Positions 1 through 9,408 of a stretch of DNA of 64,000 nt are shown one piece after another. Every line of letters begins with the position of its first letter. The stretch's first letter is position 1. The DNA is taken from NCBI GenBank assembly GCA_050298055.1, contig JBNKTL010000026.1, positions 1 through 64,000 of the forward strand. Reading direction: 5' to 3'. The position numbers and the translations under genes were made by a program. This DNA is from Spirochaetota bacterium. GTDB lineage: Bacteria > Spirochaetota > UBA4802 > UBA5550. Under the pieces are notes generated by a model that was given only the letters and a program-made list of their open reading frames with translations, was not told the origin of the DNA and searched no databases.

Positions 1-275
1 GGGGGGGTTTTTCGCGGCCGCGCGGGGGTCGCAAGGGGGTGTCCGCGCTGACACCCCTTTGCACTCTTCAAAGTCCGGGGCCCCGGACAAATCCCCGCGG
101 GTGAAACCTGCGAAAACCATGTTCTCATTCAAAAAGGGAAAAACAGATCTCTATTCAGAAAAACCAATTTATCAGAAATCTGATAAATTCACTCCCCCCT
201 GTTATCATCTCTAGGAAATTGAAAAATAAGTCTGAAGCAATAAAACCCCCCGGTCGCACCGAAAAATGCGGCCCC

Positions 276-1982
276 TCAATTCTTCTCCGCCAACAAAACC
301 ATCTCCTCCGCATGCTTCAGGGAGAGCTCCGTAACTGTCTCTCCCGCAAGGAGCCGGGCCACTTCGTTGATCTTGCCCCTGCCGTCCAGTTTCTCCAGCC
401 TGGTGGTGACCCTCTCATCCACCTTCCCCTTGGACACCGAGTAGTTGGTATCCCCCATGGCCGCGATCTGCGGCAGGTGGGTGATAACCAGGACCTGCCT
501 GTCCCCGGCCAGGGCCTTGAGCTTCTTCCCCACCATCTCCGCAACCTTCCCGCTGATCCCCGCGTCAACCTCGTCAAAGACAAGGCTCTCCACAATATCC
601 GCGGAAAGGATCACGTTCTTCAGGGCCAGCATGATCCGCGACATCTCGCCCCCGGAGGCCACCTTCTTCAGCTGGCGGAGCTCTTCACCCCTGTTGGCCG
701 AAAGCATAAACTCCACCTTATCCAGGCCATGGGGATAGAGGACATAGGTCTTATTATCAGCCTCAATCTCCCCCTGGGGGCTCACCTCCCTCTCCAGGGA
801 CACCTTGAAGACCGTACCGGACATGCCCAGGTAGTTAAGCTCTTTCATGACCTTCTCTTCAAGGGTGAGCGCCGCCCTGCTCCTTTTTTCCGAAAGGTCC
901 AGTGCCTTTACCTTGGCCGCCTTTAAGCCTTCATTGTACCGGGAATTGAACTTCTCGCGCTGGTCCTCGCTGGAAGAGATTGCTTCTATCTCGTTCCGGG
1001 CCTTTTCGGCAAAGTCCAGGACCTCCTCTATGGTGTCCCCGTATTTCTTTTTCAGGGTGGAGATCAGGGCCAGCCTCTCCTCCACCTGGTTTATTCTCTC
1101 GGGAGAAAAATCCATGCTCCTCTCATACTCCTTTAAGAACCGGGACACGTCCTCCAGGGTATAGAGAGATTCCCTCACAGAGTCAACAATGTCGGATATA
1201 TTGGAATCATATTCGGAAACGGCGGATATCCCGCGCTCGATCTTTTTCAGGTTCTCCAGGACCCCCCCGTCCCTGTTCATGAGCTGTGATGATACATTTA
1301 TTTCATTGAAGAGCTTTTCCGCGTTGGAGAGTATCATCGATTCCTGTTTCAGCTGTTCCTCTTCATTGGGGACAAGGGCCGCCGCCTCGATCTCCTTCAG
1401 GGCAAAGGTGTTGTACTCGATCCTCCGGGCCTTCTCCCTTTCATCAATGTTAAATGAATTGAGTTTGTCCCTGAGCATCTGGAGCCGGGAGTGTATCTCC
1501 CTCATCTGTGCGACCTCGTTTCCGGTCCCCGCGTAGTTGTCCAGCAATTCCCTGTGCCGGGCAACCCTGACAATGTTCTGGTGCTCGTTTTGCCCGTGAA
1601 TATCCACGAGGTTGTCCGATATTTCTTTCAGCTTTGAGACGGGGATATTCACCGAGTTGGCAAAGCACCGTCCCCTGCCGCTGGCGTAGAGTTCCCTCCT
1701 GAGGACCAGCCTGTTCTCTTCGGTGTCAATTCCCGCTTCATCAAGGATTTTCAGAACATCCCCCGCGTGTGATATATCAAAGATCCCTTCCAGTGTTGCC
1801 TTTTCACACCCGGTACGTATCATATCCGTGGTCATCTTCTCCCCCAGGACACCGGAAAGTGCGTCGATGAGGATCGATTTCCCCGCCCCGGTCTCCCCGG
1901 TGAGAATGTTGAGCCCCCTGCTGAAAGAGACAGTGAGATTTTCTATAATGGCAAAGTTCCTGATGATCAGTTCGTTTAACAT
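276..1982 (-). CDS. recN: DNA repair protein RecN
   Basis: Walker A TGETGAGKS, DIHGQNEH, signature ASGGEMSR, Walker B VFDEVDAG, ITHLPQIAA. Confidence 0.97.
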   Translation of the reverse strand: MLNELIIRNFAIIENLTVSFSRGLNILTGETGAGKSILIDALSGVLGEKMTTDMIRTGCEKATLEGIFDISHAGDVLKILDEAGIDTEENRLVLRRELYASGRGRCFANSVNIPVSKLKEISDNLVDIHGQNEHQNIVRVARHRELLDNYAGTGNEVAQMREIHSRLQMLRDKLNSFNIDEREKARRIEYNTFALKEIEAAALVPNEEEQLKQESMILSNAEKLFNEINVSSQLMNRDGGVLENLKKIERGISAVSEYDSNISDIVDSVRESLYTLEDVSRFLKEYERSMDFSPERINQVEERLALISTLKKKYGDTIEEVLDFAEKARNEIEAISSSEDQREKFNSRYNEGLKAAKVKALDLSEKRSRAALTLEEKVMKELNYLGMSGTVFKVSLEREVSPQGEIEADNKTYVLYPHGLDKVEFMLSANRGEELRQLKKVASGGEMSRIMLALKNVILSADIVESLVFDEVDAGISGKVAEMVGKKLKALAGDRQVLVITHLPQIAAMGDTNYSVSKGKVDERVTTRLEKLDGRGKINEVARLLAGETVTELSLKHAEEMVLLAEKN

Positions 1983-1997
1983 ATTCCGGTCCCCGGA

Positions 1998-2870
1998 TCA
2001 ACCCCAGTTGAGTTTTTCCTTTAATATCGCGTAGTAGTTCTTTTCGGGGTGAAGGACAACCCGTATCTTCTTATCGGTTTTTCTGAAGAGGACCTCGTCA
2101 TCGCCTTCAACCTCTGTTCCTTCCTGCCCGTCAATGGTGAGTGAGAGGTTGGTAAAATCGGAAATGACCCTTACCTTTAATACGGAAGAAGCCGGGAGCA
2201 CCATGGGCCGTGCGGAGAGTGAGTGGGGACAGATAGGGTTCAGGATAAAGACATTCCCCGACGACGGCGTAATGATCGGTCCCCCCGCGGAGAGCGAGTA
2301 TGCCGTGGAGCCCGTTGCCGTGGCGATGATCAGGCCGTCACCGGTATAGGAATTCAGGAAGTAACCGTCAACATCCATCTCCAGGCCTATTGCCCGGGAG
2401 AACCCCCCCTTTGAAACAACCGCATCATTGATAAAGCATGAACTGTATACCTGTTTCTCTCCCCTCATATGAACGGCCTCAAGGACAAGCCTCTCTCCCG
2501 TCACAAAGTTTCCCCCGATTATCTCCGGAAGAAATTTTTTGTACTCGTCGGGATTGAATTCCGTGAGAAAACCGAGCCTCCCCTTGTTGATCCCGAAGAT
2601 GGGTTTCCCGGTGTCGATAAAAAGCCGCGCCGTTCTTAAAAAAGTCCCGTCGCCTCCGACCACAATGACCATATCCGTATTGTAGATAAAGTCCGGATCT
2701 TCGGCGATATTCCGGGAAATAAAATCTTCATCTATTCCCGTATCGTTGCGAAAACTGACACTGACACCGGACTCCTCCAGGAACCCCGTAAGCTCCTTCA
2801 GCAGGGGAAGTGAACTCCTGTCATTTGGCCTGAAATTTACTGCCGCTCTTTTTATCATTATGCTTTTCAA
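1998..2870 (-). CDS. nadK: NAD(+) kinase
   Basis: GGDGTFL, GRLGFL, ND motif, [15 protein letters not shown]; usual nadK-recN order. Confidence 0.96.
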   Translation of the reverse strand: MKSIMIKRAAVNFRPNDRSSLPLLKELTGFLEESGVSVSFRNDTGIDEDFISRNIAEDPDFIYNTDMVIVVGGDGTFLRTARLFIDTGKPIFGINKGRLGFLTEFNPDEYKKFLPEIIGGNFVTGERLVLEAVHMRGEKQVYSSCFINDAVVSKGGFSRAIGLEMDVDGYFLNSYTGDGLIIATATGSTAYSLSAGGPIITPSSGNVFILNPICPHSLSARPMVLPASSVLKVRVISDFTNLSLTIDGQEGTEVEGDDEVLFRKTDKKIRVVLHPEKNYYAILKEKLNWG

Positions 2871-2971
2871 TTGTGAGAAATTTAAATATTCGGATTATTC
2901 TCTTAATAACAACACCTCATATTTATGAGCCGCCGGTGTTCGTCAATAAAAAATCAATATTTATTCCCCGG

Positions 2972-4324
2972 TCACCGAAGTTCCAGCCACTTTTTATGAA
3001 AGAACCTTCGTGTAAGAAGAAGGGACTGTATCAGAATGGAGGCGTTCATGCTCCACCAGATAAAGACCTGTCCCATTTCAAGATAAATCCCCAGGAGAAA
3101 GCTCAGGGGGATCCTCACCACCCATAAGCTGAAGAGGATGATCTTCATGATCCCCTTTGTATCCCCCGCCCCCGAAAGACCTCCCCCGAGGATGACACCC
3201 CAGGCCATGAAGGGTTCGCTTATCATGCTGATATAGATATACCACCTGCACTCATGGACCACACTGCCGTCATGGGAAAGAAGACCCGAGATCCGGCCCG
3301 CGTTGAGAACCACCAGGAGAGTCAAAAGAACAACAATCACCGTCCCCAGAAGGGCCGTTGTCCGGCCGCACCTCAGCGCCTCATCCTTCTTCTCCTCACC
3401 TAAAAGGTTTCCCACGATCACCGCATTGGACATATTAAACGCGAAGGCGGGAAGAAAAATCGCCGATTCTATTCTCAGACCGTTTGTAAAGGCCGCCATG
3501 ACCTCAATGGCCTTTTCCGGGAGGCGGCTTAAAATGAGGAAGAGGATGGTGCTCGATGCCTGCCAGTTCAGTTGTGTAAATCCCGAGGGCCAGCCGATGG
3601 AAATGACTTTCTTTAGCATCTCCGGGGAGATTTTCTTTGGTCCCGCAAAAAATCCCCTGAGGATGTAAAGGTTGATCAGGCTCCCGGCCAGAACGCTCAC
3701 AGCCGTAGAGAGGGCAATGCCCCGGAATGCCAGCCCCGTATAAAAGACAAAGGTGAAGTTCAGGAGGATATTGACCAGGCAGACAACCGACATTGTCCCA
3801 AGGGACTTTCTCACCATCTTCACCGCCCGGAGGACCCCGTTGCTGTTGATGAGCAGATAGTGAAAGGGAAGGCCCAGGGCATAGAACCTCATGAGCTCCG
3901 ACGCAAAGGGACGAAGCTCCCCCGGGACGTTCAGGAACCCGATAATAAGGGGGGAAAGAAAATATCCCGAAACACCGAGAACAATACCCGCAAAAAAGGA
4001 GAGAACAGTAGTAGAGAAGATCGCCGGGACCAGAGGGTCCGCGTCCCCTTTCCCTTTAACAGAGGTAAAGAGCCGGGATACCACGGCAACCGTCCCGATG
4101 GTCAGGGCGTTGGCAATGACAATAAACATGAAGTAGACCTGTGTTGAAAAACCCACAGAGGCCTGGACCTCTTTCCCGATCTTCCCGGCAATAAAAACAT
4201 CGGTAAGGCCTATGAGAAACTCAAAGAGCATAATGAAGACCATGGGCCAGCTCACCGACCAGCTCCTGAGGAGGTATTCCCTCATTTCCCGGATTCTTTG
4301 ACTTCTTTCACTGTTCACTGGCAT
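2972..4324 (-). CDS. MATE-family efflux transporter/flippase
   Basis: About 12 hydrophobic helices in two repeats; TDVFIAGKIG and GAGDTK motifs typical of MATE. Confidence 0.9.
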   Translation of the reverse strand: MPVNSERSQRIREMREYLLRSWSVSWPMVFIMLFEFLIGLTDVFIAGKIGKEVQASVGFSTQVYFMFIVIANALTIGTVAVVSRLFTSVKGKGDADPLVPAIFSTTVLSFFAGIVLGVSGYFLSPLIIGFLNVPGELRPFASELMRFYALGLPFHYLLINSNGVLRAVKMVRKSLGTMSVVCLVNILLNFTFVFYTGLAFRGIALSTAVSVLAGSLINLYILRGFFAGPKKISPEMLKKVISIGWPSGFTQLNWQASSTILFLILSRLPEKAIEVMAAFTNGLRIESAIFLPAFAFNMSNAVIVGNLLGEEKKDEALRCGRTTALLGTVIVVLLTLLVVLNAGRISGLLSHDGSVVHECRWYIYISMISEPFMAWGVILGGGLSGAGDTKGIMKIILFSLWVVRIPLSFLLGIYLEMGQVFIWWSMNASILIQSLLLTRRFFHKKWLELR

Positions 4325-4423
4325 CTCTCCACTCTTCTGTTCATCTTAACAGAATCTTTACAGGAGACAACGACAAATTTCTTGACAACCGGGACTTTAT
4401 TGCATCTACTCCGTAAAAATAAT

Positions 4424-4456
4424 AACTGACGTGTCCCCGCCGCCTTCGGCGGGACA
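4424..4456. repeat. Palindromic intergenic repeat family B (TGTCCCCGCCG...CGGCGGGACA), copy 1
   Basis: aactgacgtgtccccgccgccttcggcgggaca; related copies at 21021-21066, 30199-30226 and 37662-37700. Confidence 0.75.
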
Positions 4457-4468
4457 AAGGATAGACCC

Positions 4469-4849
4469 ATGGGAAAAAAGCAGAAAGCCGATATCAGCCG
4501 CCTCTTCAGGGCATTTATCTATACAATGAAGGGGATAAAGGCCGTCTGGGAACATGAGGCGGCATTCAGGCAGGAAGTCTACCTCTTTATATTCCTGGTA
4601 CCCGCCGGCCTCTTCCTGGGTGAGAACTGGGTGGAACGGTCACTGCTTATCGGTTCATGTCTCATAGTGCTTATCACGGAACTCCTTAACTCGGCAGTTG
4701 AGGCTGTTGTAGACAGGTTCGGCGGGGAGCAGCATGAGCTCTCGGGAAGGGCAAAGGACATGGGATCGGCTGCGGTCTTTTTCAGCCTGCTGCTGGTGGT
4801 TTTTATCTGGGTTTCGTACATCATCAGCAGGTTTTTCTTCAATAAATAA
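4469..4849 (+). CDS. dgkA: Diacylglycerol kinase (prokaryotic DgkA)
   Basis: EAAFRQE, ELLNSAVEAVVD, AKDMGSAAV motifs. Confidence 0.95.
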   Translation: MGKKQKADISRLFRAFIYTMKGIKAVWEHEAAFRQEVYLFIFLVPAGLFLGENWVERSLLIGSCLIVLITELLNSAVEAVVDRFGGEQHELSGRAKDMGSAAVFFSLLLVVFIWVSYIISRFFFNK

Positions 4850-4905
4850 CAGTATAACACATATTTACATTTCGTAACATTTGTTAAAAAAAATTTTTTT
4901 ATACA

Positions 4906-4934
4906 TTGACAGCCTCCTGTCTCATCCTTATATT
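4906..4934 (+). promoter_or_regulatory. Sigma70-type promoter for the small peptide gene
   Basis: TTGACA (4906-4911), 17-nt spacer, TATATT (4929-4934). Confidence 0.7.
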
Positions 4935-4966
4935 AATAGAGAATTTAAGGTACCGGAGGTGAAGAT

Positions 4967-5029
4967 ATGAAGATCAAAAAAGTTAAAAAATCAGATAAGG
5001 GACTCTGCAAGTGCGGCAGCTCCTGTTAA
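4967..5029 (+). CDS. 20-aa Cys-rich peptide MKIKKVKKSDKGLCKCGSSC, candidate RiPP precursor (not in ORF track)
   Basis: Translated by hand; GGAGGT RBS at 4955-4960, 6 nt before the ATG; promoter upstream, terminator downstream, radical SAM/SPASM gene next in the operon. Confidence 0.8.
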   Translation: MKIKKVKKSDKGLCKCGSSC

Positions 5030-5057
5030 TAAGAAATAAACCTTTTTAAGATTTACC

Positions 5058-5085
5058 GGTCGAAAATATTTCGGCCTTTTTTTTT
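5058..5085 (+). terminator. Intrinsic terminator/attenuator after the peptide gene
   Basis: ggtcgaaa-ata-tttcggcc hairpin followed by a T9 run. Confidence 0.7.
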
Positions 5086-5104
5086 GCACACAGAAGGGAT
5101 CATT

Positions 5105-5467
5105 ATGTCCAAGATTGATGTTCAGGATTTTCTCTGCCGGCCATTCTGCCGCTTTTTTAAAGAGGGTGAAAAAGAGGAGATGGAGTGCGGGGGAGCACGG
5201 GTCATTGAGGAACTCATCAGGAGCGGCAAGCTCAGGACCGGCCTGGTCCCCTCCGGGGGAAAAGATTTTTCTCTCTGGAAGAAGCGCAACCCTCTCCTTG
5301 CAAAGATGGTATGTGACAGGTGCGAATTCAGGATCGACGGGTGTGACTATATGTCCCTTAACCCTCCGCCCGATGCCGAACCCTGCGGGGGAAATATCCT
5401 GCTCTCCCTCCTTCTGAAAAACAGAATAATCAGGGCAGAGGACTTTGAAGACCTCAATGACCGATAA
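5105..5467 (+). CDS. Small Cys-rich hypothetical protein (7 Cys), probable metal-binding partner of the radical SAM enzyme
   Basis: CRPFC..ECGG..CDRC..GCD..PCGG; likely start MSKID at 5105; overlaps the radical SAM start. Confidence 0.75.
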   Translation: MSKIDVQDFLCRPFCRFFKEGEKEEMECGGARVIEELIRSGKLRTGLVPSGGKDFSLWKKRNPLLAKMVCDRCEFRIDGCDYMSLNPPPDAEPCGGNILLSLLLKNRIIRAEDFEDLNDR

Positions 5468-6626
5468 GAAGAACTGGAAAGAACTCTACCTGCGCCTGCG
5501 GAGGGAAGCCGCCCTGAAAAGACTTGAGAAAGACTTTATCTACCATACGGGAAGAGATGAGCTCTACGAGATAGACGGGAAAGCGGCATCCTTCCTGGCT
5601 TCATGCAACGGGACAAAAAAGGGGAAAGACCTCACAAACGAATCGGATTTTGTAGAGTACTGCCTTGAAGAGGGGATACTGGAAGCCCTGGAGAAACCGG
5701 GTGAGATCAACACCGAAGTTACTCTCTCCCCTGTTCCCTCCCTGAGATACCTTGAACTTCAGCTTACAGAGAGGTGCAACCTCATGTGCAGGCACTGCTA
5801 TCTCGGCAGCTCCGGGAAAAATGATATGGAGCTGGAAACGGCCCTGGGAATAACCGGTGAGTTCCATTCAATGGGGGGACTGAGGCTCCTTATCTCAGGA
5901 GGGGAGCCCCTGCTCTATCCCCCTCTCGCCGACTTCCTGAGAGAGATATCCCCGCTTAAAATACGAAGGGTCCTCCTCACAAACGGGACGCTTTTAGACA
6001 GAAAGAACATCGGGATGATCAACGTGGAGGAAATTCAGTTCAGCCTGGACGGATGGGAAAAGGGGCATGAGATGATCCGGGGGAGGGGTTCATTCGCGAA
6101 AACCCTTAAAGGAATTGAAACAGCCGCGGCCGCGGGCAAGCAGGTTTCACTGGCCACAATGATTCACCGGGGAAACCTCCATGATTTTGAGAAGGTGAAA
6201 GAGTTCGCAATGAAGATAGACGCCGTAGAATGGGGTATAGATATCATGTGTATTGCCGGGAACCTCAGGGAAAATCCCGGCCTTATTGTTCCCTATGAAG
6301 AAGCTGCAAAATACATGAAATACTCATACGGAGGGGGATACCACGGCTCATCGGACGGTTACGCCTGCGGCAGGCATCTCATGACAGTCCTTCCCGGCGG
6401 GACCGCCGTTAAGTGCGGGTTCTACGACAGGTCCCTGGGCAACGCGGCCGAAAGCCTCGAAAAGTGCTGGCTCAATCTTGAACATATTAAACTGGAAGAC
6501 ATGAAGTGCAAAACGTGCCCCGTGGTAAACGAATGCTGCGGAGGCTGCAGGTTCAGGGCCGCGGGCTTATATGAAGTCGATCCCGCAATGTGTGCGGTTC
6601 ACGGGATTGATCCCGAGCTTCTTTAA
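5457..6626 (+). CDS. Radical SAM/SPASM-domain protein, putative peptide maturase
   Basis: CNLMCRHC (CX3CX2C), SGGEP; C-terminal ACG..KCG..CKTC-x5-CCGGC..C SPASM pattern; about 90-aa N-terminal extension. Confidence 0.92.
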   Translation: MTDKKNWKELYLRLRREAALKRLEKDFIYHTGRDELYEIDGKAASFLASCNGTKKGKDLTNESDFVEYCLEEGILEALEKPGEINTEVTLSPVPSLRYLELQLTERCNLMCRHCYLGSSGKNDMELETALGITGEFHSMGGLRLLISGGEPLLYPPLADFLREISPLKIRRVLLTNGTLLDRKNIGMINVEEIQFSLDGWEKGHEMIRGRGSFAKTLKGIETAAAAGKQVSLATMIHRGNLHDFEKVKEFAMKIDAVEWGIDIMCIAGNLRENPGLIVPYEEAAKYMKYSYGGGYHGSSDGYACGRHLMTVLPGGTAVKCGFYDRSLGNAAESLEKCWLNLEHIKLEDMKCKTCPVVNECCGGCRFRAAGLYEVDPAMCAVHGIDPELL

Positions 6627-6732
6627 TAAACAAATATTTTTAAAATTAATCTTTACCAATAAGAAAAAAAGTATTATGAACTGTATCAGGAGAGGGACAG
6701 ATACCACACCATAAAATAATTGGAGGCAGAAT

Positions 6733-7386
6733 ATGAAAAGAACAGGCATACTGGTGATTGTGCTTTTACTCTCGGCTCTCCCTGAAAGCTGCGGTAAAAA
6801 ACAGGATGGAAAAGGCGAATTAACGGGAAAAATTATCCACTCCCTGGGTACGGTTACAATCAATGGGAAAAATCCGGGTGCAGATAAATCTGTTAAATAC
6901 GGAGATGTCATTGAAACCGGAAAAGACGGGACCTGCTCTATCCAGGTGGGGGAGAAATCAATCTTCAGGATCAATACGGGCTCAAAGCTGACATTTAACA
7001 TCTCAAGGAAGCGTAATGATCTTGTTCTGGAAAGAGGATGGTTTACGGGAATTACAAGGAAGATTTTTACAACCCGGGGAAAATATTTTCTTAAAACTCC
7101 AACAGTCACTGCGGCAATCAGGGGGACCTCATACTGCGTAAAGGTCGAAAATCCGAAAAGCACCTATTTCTGTGTCTGCAACGGGACCATAGCCCTTGCC
7201 GGTCCCGGAGAAAGAAAGGGAAGAGATGTATCGGCGGCACACCACATTGCCCGGAGATTTAAAATTGATAAAGAAGGAAAACTCGAGATAGATAAATCAC
7301 CCGGCATGCTCTATCATGAAGATAAGACTCTTGAAGACCTTGCGGCAAAGATATCTGAAAAAATAGACTGGAAAAAGGCGTTCTGA
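6733..7386 (+). CDS. FecR-domain lipoprotein
   Basis: Lipobox-like ESC; GDVIETG and KTPTVTAAIRGTSY motifs of the FecR domain. Confidence 0.8.
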   Translation: MKRTGILVIVLLLSALPESCGKKQDGKGELTGKIIHSLGTVTINGKNPGADKSVKYGDVIETGKDGTCSIQVGEKSIFRINTGSKLTFNISRKRNDLVLERGWFTGITRKIFTTRGKYFLKTPTVTAAIRGTSYCVKVENPKSTYFCVCNGTIALAGPGERKGRDVSAAHHIARRFKIDKEGKLEIDKSPGMLYHEDKTLEDLAAKISEKIDWKKAF

Positions 7387-7389
7387 GTT

Positions 7390-8013
7390 CTATCCCTCAT
7401 GCTTCATGGTCTTTTTGAGAACCTCAAGTTCAACATTAAGGTCAAGAAGATCGTCTTCAAGGAGACTGGCAAGCTGCCTGTCAAAGGTCTTTTTTATTTC
7501 GTCCAGGAGACCCTCGACCTTTGCCAGTGACTCCCGGACGTCAGGTGTTACGTCTGTCCTGCCGGAAAGGTCCACATACTGGTTTATGATCTTCTCCGTG
7601 GAATCCAGGTAGTAATTGATAAAGGTCTTTATTTTTCTTAAGTCCGAAGGGTTCTTTTTTATATCATCAAATATTTCAATCCCGACCTTGCAGATCTCCT
7701 GGATCTTCTTTGCCGCGTCGTTGTTCCTGATCATCCTGGTTTTGTTACGGATCCGTGTAAGGACTTTCATCCCTTCATCATACGCCTTTTGCGCCTTTTC
7801 TCCCTCCGGGGTTTTTACCCGGGACTCATCCTTTTCACCCTTCTCAAATGTACTTTTGAGAAACCTTCTCGCAATAATAAACGCCGCAAGACCAAGAAGA
7901 AATGCCACAAGAAACGCGCTGAATCCGCTGAAAAAGAGGTACTTGAACAGGACCCCTCTCAGCAGGGCATAGGCACCGATACCGGCAACAACTGAAAAAA
8001 TAAACTTTAACAT
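7390..8013 (-). CDS. XpaC-like (5-bromo-4-chloroindolyl phosphate hydrolysis family) membrane protein
   Basis: Two N-terminal TM helices; FINYYLDST..IINQY and DDLLDLNVELEVL motifs. Confidence 0.8.
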   Translation of the reverse strand: MLKFIFSVVAGIGAYALLRGVLFKYLFFSGFSAFLVAFLLGLAAFIIARRFLKSTFEKGEKDESRVKTPEGEKAQKAYDEGMKVLTRIRNKTRMIRNNDAAKKIQEICKVGIEIFDDIKKNPSDLRKIKTFINYYLDSTEKIINQYVDLSGRTDVTPDVRESLAKVEGLLDEIKKTFDRQLASLLEDDLLDLNVELEVLKKTMKHEG

Positions 8014-8082
8014 TCCCCGATCACCTTATCTGTACTCCTTTATTATTCTTCCTTTGTTTCGCGGTTCAATGTTCTTCTCTTC

Positions 8083-8106
8083 TGAACTTGGAACTTGGAA
8101 CTAAAC
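8083..8106 (-). repeat. Short GTTCCAA heptamer tandem
   Basis: tgaac-ttggaac-ttggaac-taaac; same heptamer as at 20659-20696. Confidence 0.5.
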
Positions 8107-8170
8107 TAACCATCTCCCTCCCATATGACAAGAAAAAAATGAAATAATGTCATTTATCAGGATTCTGTTA

Positions 8171-8716
8171 TTAATTAATACTCCTCTCAACCTTCAGGAG
8201 CTCTTTTATCAGGTTGAATATATTTTCCCTATTCCCCTCCATACTGCTGAACTCCTCTGCCGTGAAGTTTGAAAGCACAAAATCCGCAACGCTGATATTC
8301 GGATTGTCAGGTCTCCCCACACCGTATCTTACCCTGAAAAAATCCCTTGAACCGGTTTTTTCAACTATTGACCTTAAGCCGTTATGCCCCCTGTGACCTC
8401 CGCCGAATTTCGAATCGAATTCCCCGGAGGGCATCTCAATTTCATCATGGATAACGATAAGGTTTTCGGTAACTTCCCGGTAGTAGGAGAGGGCCTGCTG
8501 AACAGCTACTCCGCTGCTGTTCATATAGGTCTGGGGAAAGATCATCAGAATGTCACTCCCCTCATATTTACCTGTACCTGCCACCGAAGAAAATGATTTC
8601 CTGGAGAGGTCAAGACCGATGTGCGTGGCAAAGCTCCCCCCGATTAAAAAACCGGCATTATGACGATTTTTAGAATACTGTTTGCCGGGATTCCCCAGGC
8701 ATGCAATTATCTTCAT
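8171..8716 (-). CDS. pth: Peptidyl-tRNA hydrolase
   Basis: LGNPG, NRHNAG, PQTYMNSSG, GHNGLRS. Confidence 0.96.
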   Translation of the reverse strand: MKIIACLGNPGKQYSKNRHNAGFLIGGSFATHIGLDLSRKSFSSVAGTGKYEGSDILMIFPQTYMNSSGVAVQQALSYYREVTENLIVIHDEIEMPSGEFDSKFGGGHRGHNGLRSIVEKTGSRDFFRVRYGVGRPDNPNISVADFVLSNFTAEEFSSMEGNRENIFNLIKELLKVERSIN

Positions 8717-8812
8717 TAATAGATTGAATCCTTACAGAATATTTAGTGTTATTTTTTTTGAAAAATTGAAACTGGCAAGAAGATTTATATGCAGCAGGTG
8801 AATATTTTAATA

Positions 8813-9148
8813 TTATATACCAATAAATTTCAGGGCCTCATCCAGGGAGTTGTACATTTTCAGCAATTTATTTACACCGGTAATGGTGAACATCTCCTGT
8901 ATCTCATTTTTTACATTTATCAGGACGATCTGGAGATCATTCTTTTCAAGCCGTGTAAGATAGAGGACCATGATTCCCAGGGAAGCACTATCGATAAAGG
9001 ACACATTATAGAGATCGAGAAGGATATGTTTCTTCTCCACATAAAAGCGATTTAATGTGTTTTCAAATGTCCTCAGGTTATCCACAGAAAGAACACCCTC
9101 AATGGACAATACCACATATTTTTCACTATTGTTTTCAGATATTTTCAT
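8813..9148 (-). CDS. STAS-domain anti-sigma factor antagonist
   Basis: LDLYNVSFIDSASLG motif, 111 aa. Confidence 0.9.
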   Translation of the reverse strand: MKISENNSEKYVVLSIEGVLSVDNLRTFENTLNRFYVEKKHILLDLYNVSFIDSASLGIMVLYLTRLEKNDLQIVLINVKNEIQEMFTITGVNKLLKMYNSLDEALKFIGI

Positions 9149-9408
9149 AACCGTTCATTTAAGATATTATACACTTATTTTCAGATAAATATCAAGCAAT
9201 AATTTTAAAAACTAAGGTAACTGCTCTGCCAGATAATAAAAAAATACAGAATTTCTTTTCACATGTGTAATTAAAAAAATAACCCATATGTTATCAATTT
9301 TAAAGATGATTCCTAAACATTAAAAGTAAAGATGTTGACAAAACGGAGGCATGACTAAAATTTGAGAAGATTATTCTGACAAAAAATAACTATTCTTCAG
9401 GTTTTATA

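Noticed and set aside
1..110. GC-rich hairpin gcaagggggtgtc...gacacccctttgc at the window start
   Set aside because: Single, truncated by the window edge; cannot tell a repeat, terminator or RNA apart.
219..926. 235-aa plus-strand ORF
   Set aside because: Antisense shadow of recN with no recognisable motif.
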